This document shows, piece after piece, positions 46,946 through 64,000 of a stretch of DNA of 64,000 nucleotides. The translations under genes and the position numbers were made by a program. A model generated the notes under the pieces. The model worked only from the letters and a program-made list of their open reading frames with translations, made no database searches and was not told where the DNA came from. Each line of letters starts with the position of its first letter. Positions within the stretch are counted from its first letter, which is position 1. Where the stretch lies: assembly GCF_009914755.1 (NCBI RefSeq), contig NC_060929.1. One strand, written 5' to 3'. The DNA is from the human T2T-CHM13v2.0 reference genome, Homo sapiens.

Positions 46946-48010
46946 TACTCATGGGACACTGGTCCAAGCCCCTAAGCTAGCCTGGGGCAGACACTGTTAT
47001 TTGTCTGCTCAACATCCATTCTCCTCTTCTGCCTAATCAACAGACCCTCAATTCTGCTTAGGGAGCTCTGTGTCCATCTCAAAATACTAATCTTTCTAGA
47101 CTCCTTTGCAGTGCAGAGAGGCCATGGGACATGCTTCTCACCAATGAACTTGTAAGCAGAAATCAGTGCATGGAGCTTCTGGGGAAGCTTGTGAAAGAGG
47201 GAGACTTTGCTTTTTGTCCCTCTTCTTCCTTCTTGGATGGCATATGTAAGACAAAGTGGAGCCACAGGAGAATGGAATCCACAAGGAAAGGCTGACAGAA
47301 GGAACTGCAGCCTGATGATGGCATGGACCCAGCGTCATCCTCAGATGGCCAGATTGCTTGCAAAGTGGTATAAAAGCTGCTGGAATCAGGTTTCTGTGAC
47401 ACACAGCAGAGTGCAATCCTATGTAATATACAGCCCTGCTCCTGGACTTTTTCTTTCCATAAGCCTTTTTGCTTATACTGGTTTGGGTTGGGTTTTCTAT
47501 CCCTTTCAACAGAAGAAATCCATTTCTGACTCGGAGGAGACATCCTGTTTACTCAACAGGTAAATGTCTCACATCTATGAGACAAGGTGAACGATAATTG
47601 TCCCTTTAAGAGAAAGAAGATGATATTCCTTACGTGTGGCTGCAGGGGAACATTAAAGCAGGAGGTGGAGAGAGAAAAGGAATGTAATGGGGTGAAGAGG
47701 AGCCTTACGGAGAGCAGAAAGTTTCTTCTGGCTTCAGAACCGAGCTGATGCAGTGTCTGGGGCTGCTGTCTGGGTCACAAAAATAATTTGGATGACTCTG
47801 TGGCCAAACTATGTAGGGGAAGCTCCTCCAACTTTTAGCAAACTGTAGTTGGCCCTTACTCTTTTGAGGCATGTGAAGAACTACATTCTTCAAGGGGCTG
47901 GGCCTCTTCAAGACTTTTTCTCTTTCCTGGAGAGGGCCAGGGAGGTGAGTGGGGGAAAGACTAAGCATCAATGTGAGCATGAGAAAATTCTGGAATCAGT
48001 AAGATCTCAG

Positions 48011-48604
48011 TTTTTTTGTTTTTTTGAGACAGAGTCTTGCTCTATCACCCAGGCTGGAATGCAGTGGCACAACCATAGCTCACTATAACTTTGAACTCCT
48101 GGGCTTAAGTGATCGTCCCGCCTCAGCCTCCCAAGTAGGTGGGCCTACAGGCACATGTCACCACGCTCAGCTAGTTTTTAAATTTTTTGTAGAGACAGGG
48201 TCTCACTATCTTGCCAGGGCTGGTTTTGAACTCCTGGTCACAAGCCATCCTCCTGTCTTGGCCTCCCAAAGTGCTGAGATTACGGGCATGAACCAGTGTC
48301 TGGTCAAAATGGAGTTTTTTGTTTTGTTTTTGAGACAGGGGTCTCGTTCTGTTGCCCAGGCTGAAGTGCAGTGGCACGAACATGGCTCACTGCAGCCTCA
48401 ACCTCCCAGGGTCAAGTGATTCTTCTACCTCAGCACCCCCTAGTGGCTGGGACTATAGGTGTGCACCACCATGCCAGTTAATTTTTAAATTTTTTTAATA
48501 GAGCCTGTTGCCCAGGCTGGTCTCTAACTCCTGGGCTCAAGCAATCCTCCTGCCTTGGCCTCCCAAAGTGCTGGGATTATAGGCGTGAACCACTACACCC
48601 AGCC
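48011..48604 (-). mobile_element. Two tandem AluJ-like elements
   Basis: Second flanked by aaatggagtttt. Confidence 0.9.
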
Positions 48605-49336
48605 TGAAATGGAGTTTTCTATGAATTATTAATTAGATCCCTTTTAATACTCTTAGAGATATAAAAATGAAGATTGTAGCACTTTTAAATGATTTGTAAC
48701 TGTAACACTTTGTTTTCTTCAATGTGGCTCTTCACAGACTGGGCCATGTGAAGCTTTGGGATTTCCCAGGGTCATGTTCTTTACAGAGGCAGGAGGTCAG
48801 CTCTACTGGTTCCCTCACACTGTTTCAACTTCCCTGCCCTCTAAACAGGCTGCACAGCATCCTCCAGCCCCAACTATCCTCTCAGAAGAGTTGTCGGAAT
48901 AAGGACAAAAACAACACCCTCTGTCTCTAGGTCCTTCTGGAATGTCTTCTAAGATACAAAGTCTCCTCTCAGGCCCGTTAGCTCATCCCACCCTCCCTCC
49001 ACCTCTGTCTGGATTAAAAGCCTTCTGTGCTGGAGGACAAGGAGAATCCTGAAGAGCCAACTAGCTGAACTGCTAGAGTTGCTCCAGTGATTCTCCAAAG
49101 TGCCTCTTATCCTGAGACTTTCCTGTTGTCCAGGAGACCCAATGGATGTTTCCCCCAGCCCCTTTGCCTAGGGAAAAGTAAGTGATAGCAGGCAGGAAGG
49201 CCTTGCTGCTGTAGTGCCACTGTGCACAACCTAGAAAGCTGCAGCAAAGAGAGACTTGAAGGTTGCTTGGGCAGCTCCCAGAGATGGCACTGCTTTTCAG
49301 GGAAGTTGTGTCTCAGGTAGTGACTATTTGGGCCAG

Positions 49337-49753
49337 TGCTACGCAGGTGGTAGAAAGAATTTACCAAGACAGTTGTAGGTCAGCAAAGCAGATTTGTTAG
49401 AGGAAGTATGAAAGTATGTTGCAAGGGTGCAATGGGTAAGTCAGCAAGAGAGTAGCTGACTGCAAGGAGTCAAAGGCTTGCTGGGGATTTTTTAGGATGG
49501 TGCTTGTGCTGTGTGCTGAAGAGGGCTTTGTACAGTACAGATAATGCCAAGGTTGCAGTGAGCTAATGTACATTATTCTATCAGCCGAGGTGTCTGGTGA
49601 TAGTTGGGCACAGGAAGATTGTGAGTTATTTGCACAGGAGGGCTATGTGTCCTGGACCATGAAGAAAGGCAGATGTATAGCTTATCTACTTTTTCTTTTT
49701 TCTTTCCCCTGCTCCCACCAGCCTGACTCCTTTTCCCTAATTAGGACTCCACA
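49337..49753 (-). mobile_element. Solo ERV1-type LTR, subfamily not determined
   Basis: Minus strand begins TGTGGAGTCCTAATTAGGGAAAAGGAGTCAGGCTGG and ends ..TTGGTAAATTCTTTCTACC..GCA; no clear TSD. Confidence 0.7.
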
Positions 49754-52486
49754 GGTTGTGGTCCCCACTACCTAGGGTCATAACCTTTGCAGGTTTTGAA
49801 GCTCCGTCTGATCAGTTTGCAGTGTTGGGGGATTGCTGCACAGAGAAAGACAGATGCTCCTGGAAAATACCAACATGTCCCATCCCCCTCATCTGGAGGA
49901 TGAGCTTTTGCACTAGCAGAAAGTTTGTTTCTACACCTAAAGCCATATTATTCCCTATGCCAAGGTGTTGAATTAGACATCAAGAGGTTGATGAAGGAGT
50001 ACAGAATTGGAGCAAAGGGTGATCTGAAGGGATGTGACATCTAAGTGGTGTGATGAAGTGTTCCTGCTCCCATAGTAAAGTCTGTCCTCACACAGTGGGA
50101 GGCAGTAGTTCTTAGCATAGAGGCTAAAGTGTAGTCTCTGCCGTGCATTGTATGCATTCAAATTCTGATCTATTCTGAGTAACAATGTGGCTCTGGGCAA
50201 GCTACCTTTCTAGGTTGCAGTTTCATCTGTAAAATGACAAAAAAGAAAGTATCAGAACAAGTTGGTACTAGGCCCAGTCCTGCTATAAGTTGCTGGTCAC
50301 GTCAAGTAAATCTCTCAGCCTCTCTGGATCCATGCTTCCTCCTCTGAAAAATGAAAAGGGTTGAATCAAGGGTAGACTCTTCTACTACAACAATCTCTGA
50401 AACTGTGGAGGGAAAGTCTGAGCCACTCCCCACTAAGAAGCTGTTACTGCTTGGATGCCTGAGTTTTCAATGCCTCAGTAAACTATACCACCTCTGGGGA
50501 ACTCCCAGCCCAAGGGGGAAGACTGCTGAATGACAGAGCGCTTTTCATGATACTTGGCTAGGGCTGTGCTAACTTAAACAATGAGCACAGTTCTCAGTCC
50601 TGAAGGTAACAAGAACACCCTTGCCAATCTCCAGAGAGGAAAACCTCTGTAAGCTCATATATGTGGGCAGGACTTCCACAGAATTCTGGAATGTCAAAGC
50701 TGGAAAAGCTCTCAGGGAGTTTCTAGTTCAGGGGTTTTAAGTCACATTCTGTACTTCTGCAGTTCCACAAACTATTAATATTCACCTTATTTTGTATACC
50801 AGAGACTGCATTTAAAACTGTGGCTGCAAAACAACAAAGACACCTAAATCAGTCATCTGTCAAATGTGAACACATCAGAGACCAAAATTCATTTATACAT
50901 TGTGGCAGATTTTGCTAGTGGTCCCCTTTCCCTTTGTTGTAGAAACTACACTTGAGTGGGGCCATAGTGCCCTGATTAAACTACATCTCCCAGCCTTCCT
51001 TGCAGATAGGTAAGGCAGTGCAGTTAAGCTTTAGTCAGTGGGTTGTAAGCAAAGGTTGTGAGTGTGACTTATGGGAGTTTTCTTCAAGTGAATGGGAATG
51101 CTCTTCTCATTCCTCTTCTAGCTAGCTCTAATGTGGACATGATGGCAGAACTCAATCAGTCATCTTGGACTTTGAATTGATAGAGAGAAGGAGGCTTGGT
51201 CCTGATGATCACTGAGTTACCTTGCTGACTCACTTCCCTACAGTGAGTGCCCTGGACTGCTCACCTCCAGATTTCATTTACATAAAAGAGACATACAATT
51301 CTGTCTTATTGAGGCCACTTCTATTTGGGGTTTTCTGCCTTTTGCAGCTAAATCTAATGGACACATTTGTGTTCTCAGTAATTGACTTTATAATGCATTC
51401 ATAATATAAATATAAAAATAGCTTACTGAATAACCCTAAGGAAAACCACTCAGGTCAAGGAAACCACTCAGGTCAAAAAATAACATTTTGCAGCCACCCC
51501 AGAAGCTCTCTGTGTGCCCTGTCCCAATCACAACTACCTCCTTGCTTCTAAAAGCAACCTCTGTCCCAATTTGTATAGTAAACATATCCTGTTATACAGT
51601 AATGACATAACATTTCCTTAAAAACATTTTGGTCAGAGACTACTTTTATCTGTTTTATTTGAGATGCTCCTTAAGACTTTGCTTGACAGAAGGCTTCTTC
51701 TAATAAAAAAGTTGGCCAATAACTGAAATAGTCTGACCCCTTCATTTTACAGAGGAAGAACATGAAGTCAGAGAGGGGAAAGAACTTCCTTATTTTAAAA
51801 CTGACAAATAAAAATTGTATGTATTTATGGTGTACAACATGATGTTTTGATGTATGTATATATGCAAAAGGATTTTCTAATGTCAACCAGCAAATTAGAG
51901 GTAGAGTGGACTAGAACTCATGTTCTCTCTGACTTTTTAACATTTTAACATTTTATTTTCCAATCCATTTCAGGGGAAGCAATCCTAGATACAAGGTACC
52001 AGCCTTGTGCAATGGCTCAAGGATGGGAAAGACTTGCAAATACAGTCTCTAGTACAGGACATTTTATCTTCAACAAACACAAAACCTGCCTCTTTCCACC
52101 CAAATCTCAGGGGAAGGATGCTACCAAGGATTCTGACAATGGTTCTTCCCAGATGGCTTTGCATTTTAACACAAACACATCAGCAAAGATGGAGTCAGAC
52201 ACAGAGTGACACAGTGGGGATGCCGATTGGATGAAGTGATCTTTGTAGGCCTCCTCAGAACCCTGCACCAGGGCATCTCCCCCATAGCTACTGTGTGCCC
52301 TGAGCCTGACACACAGAGGCCCTTGGAGATCACTGTGGCCAAGGGTGATGCTGAGTCTCGAGATCAGAGGTGTGAAATGCAGAGATGCAGGCGAGCCCCA
52401 GCTCTCTTTGCCATCTTTGCTAGACTGTTCTGACCAGCATGCGGCTGCACCTAACTCAATTTCTGGAGAATCCTTCATGCTCATGA

Positions 52487-52792
<306 letters not shown>

Positions 52793-54234
52793 AAAAATCA
52801 ATTATTTTATATTATGACAGATGCCCGTCATGCTTTTGTGTAGGACATGGCAGTGTCCAAGATAGCTCACTGGCCAGATTCCATAGCCTTCTTTGTCTCA
52901 GATTCTTGGAAGTTTTTGGGTCAGGCCTATTGGCTTCTCCCTTTTCCTATAGGTTAGAATTAGCAGACAACATTAGCAAAGATGTGACTGTGTGTTCTGT
53001 GGGGGAGAAAAAGGTGTTCCAAGGACTAAAAACTTGGGAAACAAGTTCATACTTTATCTCCTTTTTGAAAAGTCTCAATTACAGTATTAGTACCTTGAAG
53101 GATCTGCAAATTTCTACAGTAAATTATTTTGCTTGATTTTGATGGGCCTGGCATTTTTCAAACTTTTTTGGCTTTGAGACCTCATGTTTCACTAATAGCA
53201 TTCTGCACGAAACAGTTTGGCAAATGATACTAGCCGCCTCTTTGATGGATAAAGGATGTATTAATACACATAGGATAGACAACATGGCTGGAAAATCACC
53301 TTTCTGGCCCAGGTAGCCATCCCTCTGGAAAAGTACTGCATTATCTCTGACTCTGTAAAAATCCATTTCTAATAGCCCCAAGAAGCCACTGCAGAAATGA
53401 TCTAAACCAGTCTGGGATGGGTTCCCCAGGGATAGCTGGCTGGGCCCTACAGCCTGGCACCAGACTTATTGTACCAAGAGCCCTGGCCAGCCGGCAGCCA
53501 CCCAGTGTGTGTCTTGACTTGTTTTTCCTTCCTTTCTCTCCTCCTTTTAGAAGACAGCTGAATGGTTCCAGTCTTTCAGTCCTGCTCCTGGCCAACACTG
53601 GACCTCTCAAAGTCTAGCCAACTCCTCTTCCAGCGCCTTGATAAACAACCCCCTCATGCTGGGAACCACAGCAGTGGGCTGTTTTTCTCCCTCATGCACC
53701 CCAGGAAGCCTCTCCTCTTTGCCTGGGCTTTCTTCCCAAGGCCTTAGCTGCCAACCCATTTTACACCCATGCGAAGCCCAGTCAGTCACCTGAAGAAAAG
53801 GAGACTCACAGAAGGCCCAAGATGAAAGACTCTTTAATCCTGTGGCTTTTTGAGTTTTGTTTTTAGCAGGAAGACCTTATTTTCAAAACAAATTGTTACA
53901 CAGAATTTGCCAGTTTACAGAACAGATGAATAAAGACATTTATGGCAGACTTGTTTATTGTAGCACAACACTGGAAAGACACGAAAAGTCCATCAGTAAG
54001 GAACAGATTTAATAAGATGATGGTGAAGTCATACAATGGAATACTATTCTGCTGTCTAAAAGCGTGAGGCACCTCCCAACAATAATAGCACAAGTTCTGA
54101 GAAAATCTTTACTTTATATGGACAGTATTTGGTTAACAGTTCCATTTTAGGGCAAAGACCAAGATTACTACTTGTTTTGTTAAAATGTGCCACCTCCTAT
54201 TCAAACTTGTCCAATGTTTATTTGGAACTTAAAT

Positions 54235-54342
54235 ATGGTGACCAAATATCCCAGTTTGCTTAGAACTGAAGGGTTTCCTGGGATATAGGACTTTAAGTGC
54301 TAAAACGGAAAATTCCAGGCAAAGGAATGAGTTGGTCACCCT
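54235..54342. mobile_element. MER81/MER94-like hAT-Blackjack MITE
   Basis: Terminal inverted repeats ggtgaccaa ... ttggtcacc. Confidence 0.75.
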
Positions 54343-54419
54343 ATACTTAACAGAAGTCAACATGTTATTTTAGAAAGAATAGGTAGATTATTATTACTAA
54401 TTTTAGCCCATGTTAATAA

Positions 54420-54766
<347 letters not shown>

Positions 54767-55207
54767 CAGTATTTGTACTTTAAATACGAGGGCAAAACCA
54801 TATGAACTGATACGAAACATGAAACTATCTCAAGGTGCAGTAAAAAGTGGGGGAAAAGGCAAGTACAGAACAGTGAACTGAGTGTGCTCTCATTTTTTTA
54901 AGTTCTTTACTCTCTCTTTCCCCCACCCCCAAAGGTCAGAGCAGGGGGGGATTTGTCCACATAATAAAATGAAGTTTGTGACTTGTCTACTCCATCATAA
55001 GAAAATAGCTGGGCTGATTTTCACCAAACTTGGAGGATATACTTGGGGTGGTCTGACTTAAATACAGATTGTTTGGCATATGAAAATTGATCCTAGTAAC
55101 CCTTCCTCCTGGAGAGGAAACTTGAAGAGATAAGCAGCCACTCCCCAAAGCTGACGCTAGTTTAACAGACAAGGCCTATGAGATCACCAATCAGAAAAGA
55201 CTAACCA

Positions 55208-55478
55208 GGCCGGACATGGTGGCTCATGCCTGTAATTCTAGTACTTTGGGAGGCCGAGGCGGGCAGATCACCTGAGGTCAGGAGTTCAAGACCAGTCTGG
55301 CTAACATGGTGAAACCCCGTCTCTACTAAAAAAAAAAAAAAAAATTAGCCAAGCATGGTGGCAGGCACCCGTAATCCCAGCTATTTGGGAGACTTGAACC
55401 CAGGAGGTAGAGGTTGCAGTGAGCCGAGATCGCACCACTGCACTCCAGCCTGAGTGACAGCAAGACTCCATCTCAAAC

Positions 55479-55511
<33 letters not shown>

Positions 55512-55515
55512 GAAA
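55208..55515 (+). mobile_element. Alu with a small internal deletion
   Basis: TSD agaaaagactaaccag. Confidence 0.95.
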
Positions 55516-56180
55516 AGACTAACCAGATAGCTTCAGGTCCGTTGACAGGGAAAACAAAGACTGGTTTCCAGGGAGTCTCCAAAATAAAAGCTCACAAAGT
55601 GGACTCTCCAGATGGAAGGCCTCAGTCTATAGGCTGCCTCCCACATGGGTGGGTGCAGTCAGATGTCCATGTGTGTAAAGATGGCTCATGGTTTTTCTGA
55701 ATTAGCTGGGCATGGTATGTACCTGTAGTCCCAAATATGCAGGAGGGTGAGGTGGGAGGATTGCTCGAGCCCAGGAGTTTGAGGCTGCAGTGAGCTATGA
55801 TTGTATCACTGCACCTAGGCAATAGAGCAAGTCCCGAAAAATGAAAAATGTTTTAAAGTGGTTTTTCTGAAAGGAGCAGCTCTTTTGGATATTAAGTCTT
55901 TCATTTACATAGACAATTCCTGAAAGATGCATATGAAATGGGTAATAATCAGTGTCTCCGAGGAGGAGAACCATGGGTCTGAAATGAACAGAATATATTT
56001 TTTATTATGCATCCTTTTGAGTTGGCAATATTTTCCATGTTTATATGTCAAGTCCTTTTTTAAAAAATTATATTTTAAACTTACAAAGAAACTACAGAGA
56101 TAAAGTTAACACCTTCTGGCTTTGACAAATCTTAACATTTTGCAATAAATAGTTCAGACAGACCTCTGTTAATAAACAAA

Positions 56181-56181
<1 letters not shown>

Positions 56182-56252
<71 letters not shown>
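56182..56252. repeat. Compound (TG)n(TA)n microsatellite
   Basis: Read directly. Confidence 0.97.
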
Positions 56253-56255
<3 letters not shown>

Positions 56256-56457
56256 TGAATCATATATATAATTGAAACCCAGTCCTATTCCTCATTCTCC
56301 CATACAAAAAGAAGTAAACAATACCTTACATTTGGAGTTTATCATTCCTATACATATTTTTTACTTTTAACACATATGTATGCCTCCCCAAATGATATAT
56401 TTAGATTTTAAATTCTGACTGCTATATTGCCTGATGTATAAATACAGTGTGATATAA

Positions 56458-56892
<435 letters not shown>

Positions 56893-57485
56893 TAAAACCA
56901 TGAGTTGAAGAGCTGATGGGGAGTTTATAATGGATGGACTAGGCTGACAACATCTGAATCCATCCATCCATCTTGATATTACACACAGAAAGACAAGCAG
57001 ATATTATGTGCTGCCTGATATGACATAAGAGGATTTCATAGCACCGTCTATGAAAGATTGTCAGCAAAAAATCAAAGGTGGTTCTGATGAAGTATAAACC
57101 TAACCACCATTTTACAGGAACTTGAGGGGACTAAGGAAAACATTGCATTATGGGGTGCACTCAGTAAAATCCAGAATTACAGAAGACCCTCCTGCACAGA
57201 AGACCCAACTTCCTCAACAGATAATTTGCGGAGAAAAACAAAAAAGGGCAGGAGTAGGGTTGCTACAGACTGAAAGACTTAAGAAACATCAATCAAATGC
57301 AATGTATGGACTTTGTTTGCATCCTGATTTGAACAAACCAAGGGCTTAAGAAAAGAATAAATAAATAACAATAGAGGAAATTTGAGCACTGGATATTTTA
57401 TGATATTAAGAAATTTGTATTAACTTTTAGGTGTCATGATGGATAGGTTTTTTTTTTAAATCCTATCTCTCAGAAGAAATACAAT

Positions 57486-57690
57486 AATACAAAAATTAGC
57501 CGGGTGTGGTGGTGTGTGCCAGTAGCCCCTGCTACTCAGGAGGTTGAGGCAAGAGAATTGCTTGAACTCAGAAGGCAGAGGTTGCAGTCAGCCAAGGTTG
57601 CGCCACTGCACTCCAGCCTGAGCAACAGAGCAAGACTCCATCTCAAAAAAAAAAAAAAAAAAAGAAAGAAAGAAAAGAAAAGAAAAAAGA
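57486..57690 (+). mobile_element. 5'-truncated Alu (right arm) in an L1M fragment
   Basis: TSD aagaaatacaata. Confidence 0.9.
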
Positions 57691-57903
57691 AATACAATAA
57701 TAAAATTAAATGATGCTGGTGTTTGTTTCAGAATAACCCTGTGTGGGGTGGGGGCGGGCAGTGGAAGATGCACCGAAACCGGCTATGACTTGGTAATTCT
57801 TGAAGCTGGGAGATGAGTGTATGGGGTTCATGATATTATTCACTTTACTTTCAGATATTTTTGGAAACTTCCATAATAAAATATTTAAATAAAATCCAGC
57901 TAG

Positions 57904-58210
<307 letters not shown>

Positions 58211-58360
58211 TCAACTAGTTAATTTCAACAAATAAGAGGTGTAGTCTTGGTAGGAAGATGCCAGGGGTTGGAGCCCCACTCTCAGTTCCTCCCTTTTCCC
58301 TGAGGTACCTGCACAGAGCCTTAGGTCTCTGTAGAACAGTTTGAAATCACTGATCTAGAC

Positions 58361-59668
58361 CATGGATTATTGGGGGAACCAGCCCCCAATATTTCAATTT
58401 CGGTTCTTTATATTTTCCCTAAGTGTCGGCCAGTCTGAGAAATAAAGAGAAAGAGTACAAAGAGAGAAATTTTACAGCTGGGCCTCCGGGGGTGTCATCG
58501 CATATTGGTAGGACTGTGATGGCAACCCCAAGCCACAAAACCAGCAAGTTTTTATTAGGGATTTTAAAAGGGGAGGGGATGTACGAACAGGGAGTAGGTC
58601 ACAAGGATCACATGCTTCAAAGGGCAATAAAAGATCACAAGGCAAGGGCAAAATTAGAATTACTGATGAGAGTCTGTGTCCCGCTGTGCATGCATTGTCT
58701 TGATAAACATCTTAACAGGAAACAGAGTTCGAGAGCAGACAACTGGTCTGACTAGAATTCACCAGGCTGGAATTTCCCAGTCCTAGCAAGCCTGAGGGCA
58801 CTGCAGGAGACCAGGGCATATTTCAGTCCTTATCTCTACCGCATAAGACAGACATTCCCAGAGCGGCCATTCATAGACCTCCCCCAGGAATGCATTCCTT
58901 CCCCAGGGCTATCAATTATTAATATTCCTTGTTGGGAAAAGAATTCAGTGATATTTCTCCTACTTGCACATCCATCTATAGGCTTTCTGTGAGAAGAAAA
59001 ATATGGCTCTATTCTGCCCAACCCCGCAGGCAGTCAGACCTTATGGTTATCTCCCTTGTTCCCTGAAAATTGCTGTTATTCTGTTCTTTTTCAGGGTGCA
59101 CTGATTTCATATTGTTCAAACACATATGCTTTACAAACAATTTGTACAGTTAACGCAGTCATCACAGGGTCCTGAAGTGACATGCATCCTCAGCTTATGA
59201 AGATGACAGGATTAAGAGATTAAAGTAAAGACAAGCATAGGAAATCACAAGGGTATTGATTGGGGAAGTGATAAATGTCCATGAAATCTTCACACTTTAT
59301 GTTCCGAGACTGCAGTAAAAACAGGCGTAAGAAATTATAAAAGTATTAATTTTGGGAACTGATAAATGTCCATTAAATCTTCACAATTTATGTTCTTCTG
59401 CCGCGGCTTCAGCCGGTCTCTCCATTCAGGGTCTGTGACTTCCCGCAACAATGGACAGACAATTTTCTTCTGAAAAGGGCAAAATAGTAAACAGTCTAGG
59501 CTATGTGGGCCAAATGGTCTTCGTTGCCATTCTCCAACTCAGCTGTTATAGTGTGGAAGCAGCCATAGATAATACAAAAATGAATATGACTGTGTTTCAA
59601 TAAAACTTTATTTACAAAAACAGATGGTGGCTTGATTTGGCCTGCAGGCTGTCATGTGCCAATCTTTG
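58361..59668. mobile_element. MER58A (hAT-Charlie) split by the MER11 LTR
   Basis: Body at 59451-59668 (aaagggc..atagtaaa..caataaaactttatttacaaaaacag); 8-bp TSD atctagac at 58353-58360 and 59669-59676. Confidence 0.8.
58368..59450 (-). mobile_element. MER11 solo LTR (ERVK, HERV-K11/HML-8)
   Basis: Minus strand begins TGTTGCGGGAAGTCA..GGCTGAAGCCGCGGCAGAAGAACATAAATTGTGAAGATTT; 1083 bp; 6-bp TSD atggat/atggac. Confidence 0.92.
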
Positions 59669-59692
59669 ATCTAGACCAACCCCTTCATTTGT

Positions 59693-59995
59693 TTTATTAT
59701 TATTATTATTATTATTGAGACAAGGTCTCAGTCTGTCACCCAGGCTGAGTGCCGTGGTGTGATCATAGCTTCCTGCAGCCCCAGTCTCCTGGGTTCAAGC
59801 AATCCTCTCACCTCAGCCTCCTGAGTAGCTAGGACTACAGGCAGGTGCCACCACCTGGCTAATTTTTAAAATTTTTTTAGAGTTGGGGTCTCACTATGTT
59901 GCCCAGGCTGGTCTTGAACTCCTGGCCTCAAGCAATCCTTCTGCCTTGGCCTCCTAAAGTGTTGGGATTACAGGCATCAGCCATCATGTCCAGCC
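59693..59995 (-). mobile_element. AluJ-like
   Basis: (TTA)n tail; TSD aaccccttc. Confidence 0.92.
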
Positions 59996-60055
59996 TAACC
60001 CCTTCCTTTTAAAGTTGTGGAAACTGAGACCCAGGCGGTTAAAGTGGCTCAAGAT

Positions 60056-60063
60056 CACACACA

Positions 60064-60101
<38 letters not shown>
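60056..60101. repeat. (CA)n microsatellite
   Basis: Read directly. Confidence 0.96.
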
Positions 60102-60110
<9 letters not shown>

Positions 60111-60879
60111 CCAGGACCTTGTGAAAGCAACTGCTGCAGATCCCAATCTTGACTTTAGGCCTGCGTATCTTGGTATTATGGGCAAATGAAAGCAAGCATA
60201 TGGCAGGTGGGTGGAAGAAATCAGGGAAGCACAAGCTTATGTATCAGTTAGTGTTAGGTTCAGCTGTATGTATATACCAGTAAGCTCAAAGTAACAGTAG
60301 CTGTAACAAAAATGAAGATTATTTCATTCTCACATAGAAACAAAATCTGGAAATAGTTTAAGGCTCATGTATAGAATCCATCATCTTCTAGCTAAGTGCC
60401 ATGGTGCATACCTGTAGTCTCAGCTACTCTAAAGGCTGAGGCAGGAGGATCACTTGAGCCCAAGAGTTTGAGGTTGCAGTGAGCTATGCCCTCAGCACTG
60501 CACTTTGGCCTGGGCAACAGAGTGAGACCCCCATCTCTAAAAAATAATAAATTAATAATAATAAGAAGAATAATCTTTGGAGACCCAGGTACTATCCTTA
60601 GGCCACGGCTTCAAGTGCTAAGGAAGGTGACATCATGGCCTGATACGGCTACTAGATTACATCCTTATTTCAGGCAGGAGGAAGAATAAAGAATGGTGAG
60701 GGCCTTCTAATTGCATCAGCTCATTTTAAGGAGTCTTTCTGGAATTTATTTGCATCGCATTAGCCAGAACTTAGTTATATGTCACACTTAGGGGAACAGG
60801 AACCTAGGGAATGTCGTCTTTATTTTAGGTTGCCATGTGCCCAGCCATAAATTACTAAGGAAAAGAGGATGAAAGGCTT

Positions 60880-61316
<437 letters not shown>

Positions 61317-62082
61317 GAAAGACTTTTGAATAGAAAATTAGCAGTCTCTCTCACAAGTTATTTGAATAAACTGAGTTGGTCCTCTTCACCTGAAAAACGC
61401 CAGGGGTGTTTAATGACCATGACAAAGCAGCATGAATTAATGGAAGGAGCACCCCAAGCTGCTCCCATTTCCCTATGTGAACTCAGACAAGTACCTGCAC
61501 TTCTCTGTTGCTTTACTTTAGCCATATGCACAGTGAAAGGGCTCTAACAGTTCCACTTGTAGGATTTTATTCCTAGGAAATACTGAGTTACCTGATACCA
61601 GACCATATACACTTTAATAAGTTCTGGAAACAACCTATTAATAGATCATTCTATCCATCTGAGTTCAGTTGTGGGGCACAGGCACGACCTGAGCTCAGAA
61701 AGGGACTTCATCAGGTGCTTACAAAAGGATTGGAAGGGCAGGAGGAAGGGGCTGAGGCTGAGCTTCCAGCATTATGACTCTCAGAGCAGTATAGGTGAAC
61801 TGGCTACCAGAGGGGCAGCCACATTGCCCCATCAGGAGGGCAGGGAAGCAGAGGGTGGCTGCTGGACTATGAAGTTCAAGTAGGCACTGCCATGGCTGTG
61901 ATCCAAGGGGTCAGGAAGTCACAGCCACCAGCACCTCTCAACACGTACGAAACTAGTGACTAGACACGGGAACACTGCTGCCAAATAACCAATGTCTCCA
62001 TGCTGGGCTGGAACAGCCAAAATCTGTGGGACAATGGCTTTTCCTGATTTCCACCTTCCAAATCTAGCAGGAGTGAACCTAA

Positions 62083-62505
<423 letters not shown>

Positions 62506-62619
62506 TGATGTGTAGTGCCGGTGAACTATATGCATGCACCACTCTGTATAAATTAGCTAAACAAATTAAGGTGCATTTGCACAGTGGAATGCTTTCCAGC
62601 CACTAAAATCAGTATTTTT

Positions 62620-64000
<1,381 letters not shown>

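Noticed and set aside
46516-47036. Arg/Glu-rich and Leu/Ser-rich ORFs (also near 29859 and 60788)
   Set aside because: Translations of GA/CT low-complexity tracts.

Overview
Human (or very close great-ape) genomic DNA containing the 5' half of SPARC (osteonectin/BM-40) on the minus strand. Non-coding exon 1 lies at about 15846-15937, followed by a 10.7 kb intron 1 and coding exons 2-5; the gene continues off the left edge. Splicing gives [40 protein letters not shown]|[30 protein letters not shown]|[40 protein letters not shown] with canonical GT-AG junctions. The remaining ~48 kb upstream is repeat-dense with no other credible protein-coding exon: about 40 Alu copies, an L1MA interrupted by a full-length SVA with an exact 16-bp TSD, several solo LTRs, hAT DNA transposons, and four small-RNA retrocopies (Y1, U3 5' domain, tailless 7SK, Y1 3' stub). 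I found no convincing novel biological system. The best leads are candidate enhancers (a CREB3L1/XBP1-type motif triplet about 10 kb upstream; an RFX-TEAD-AP1 composite in intron 1), a NAGNAG acceptor, candidate antisense lncRNA exons, and several unusual retroposition or template-switch scars. Repeat family names were recognised from memory of consensus sequences, not by running RepeatMasker, and repeat boundaries are approximate unless TSDs are quoted.
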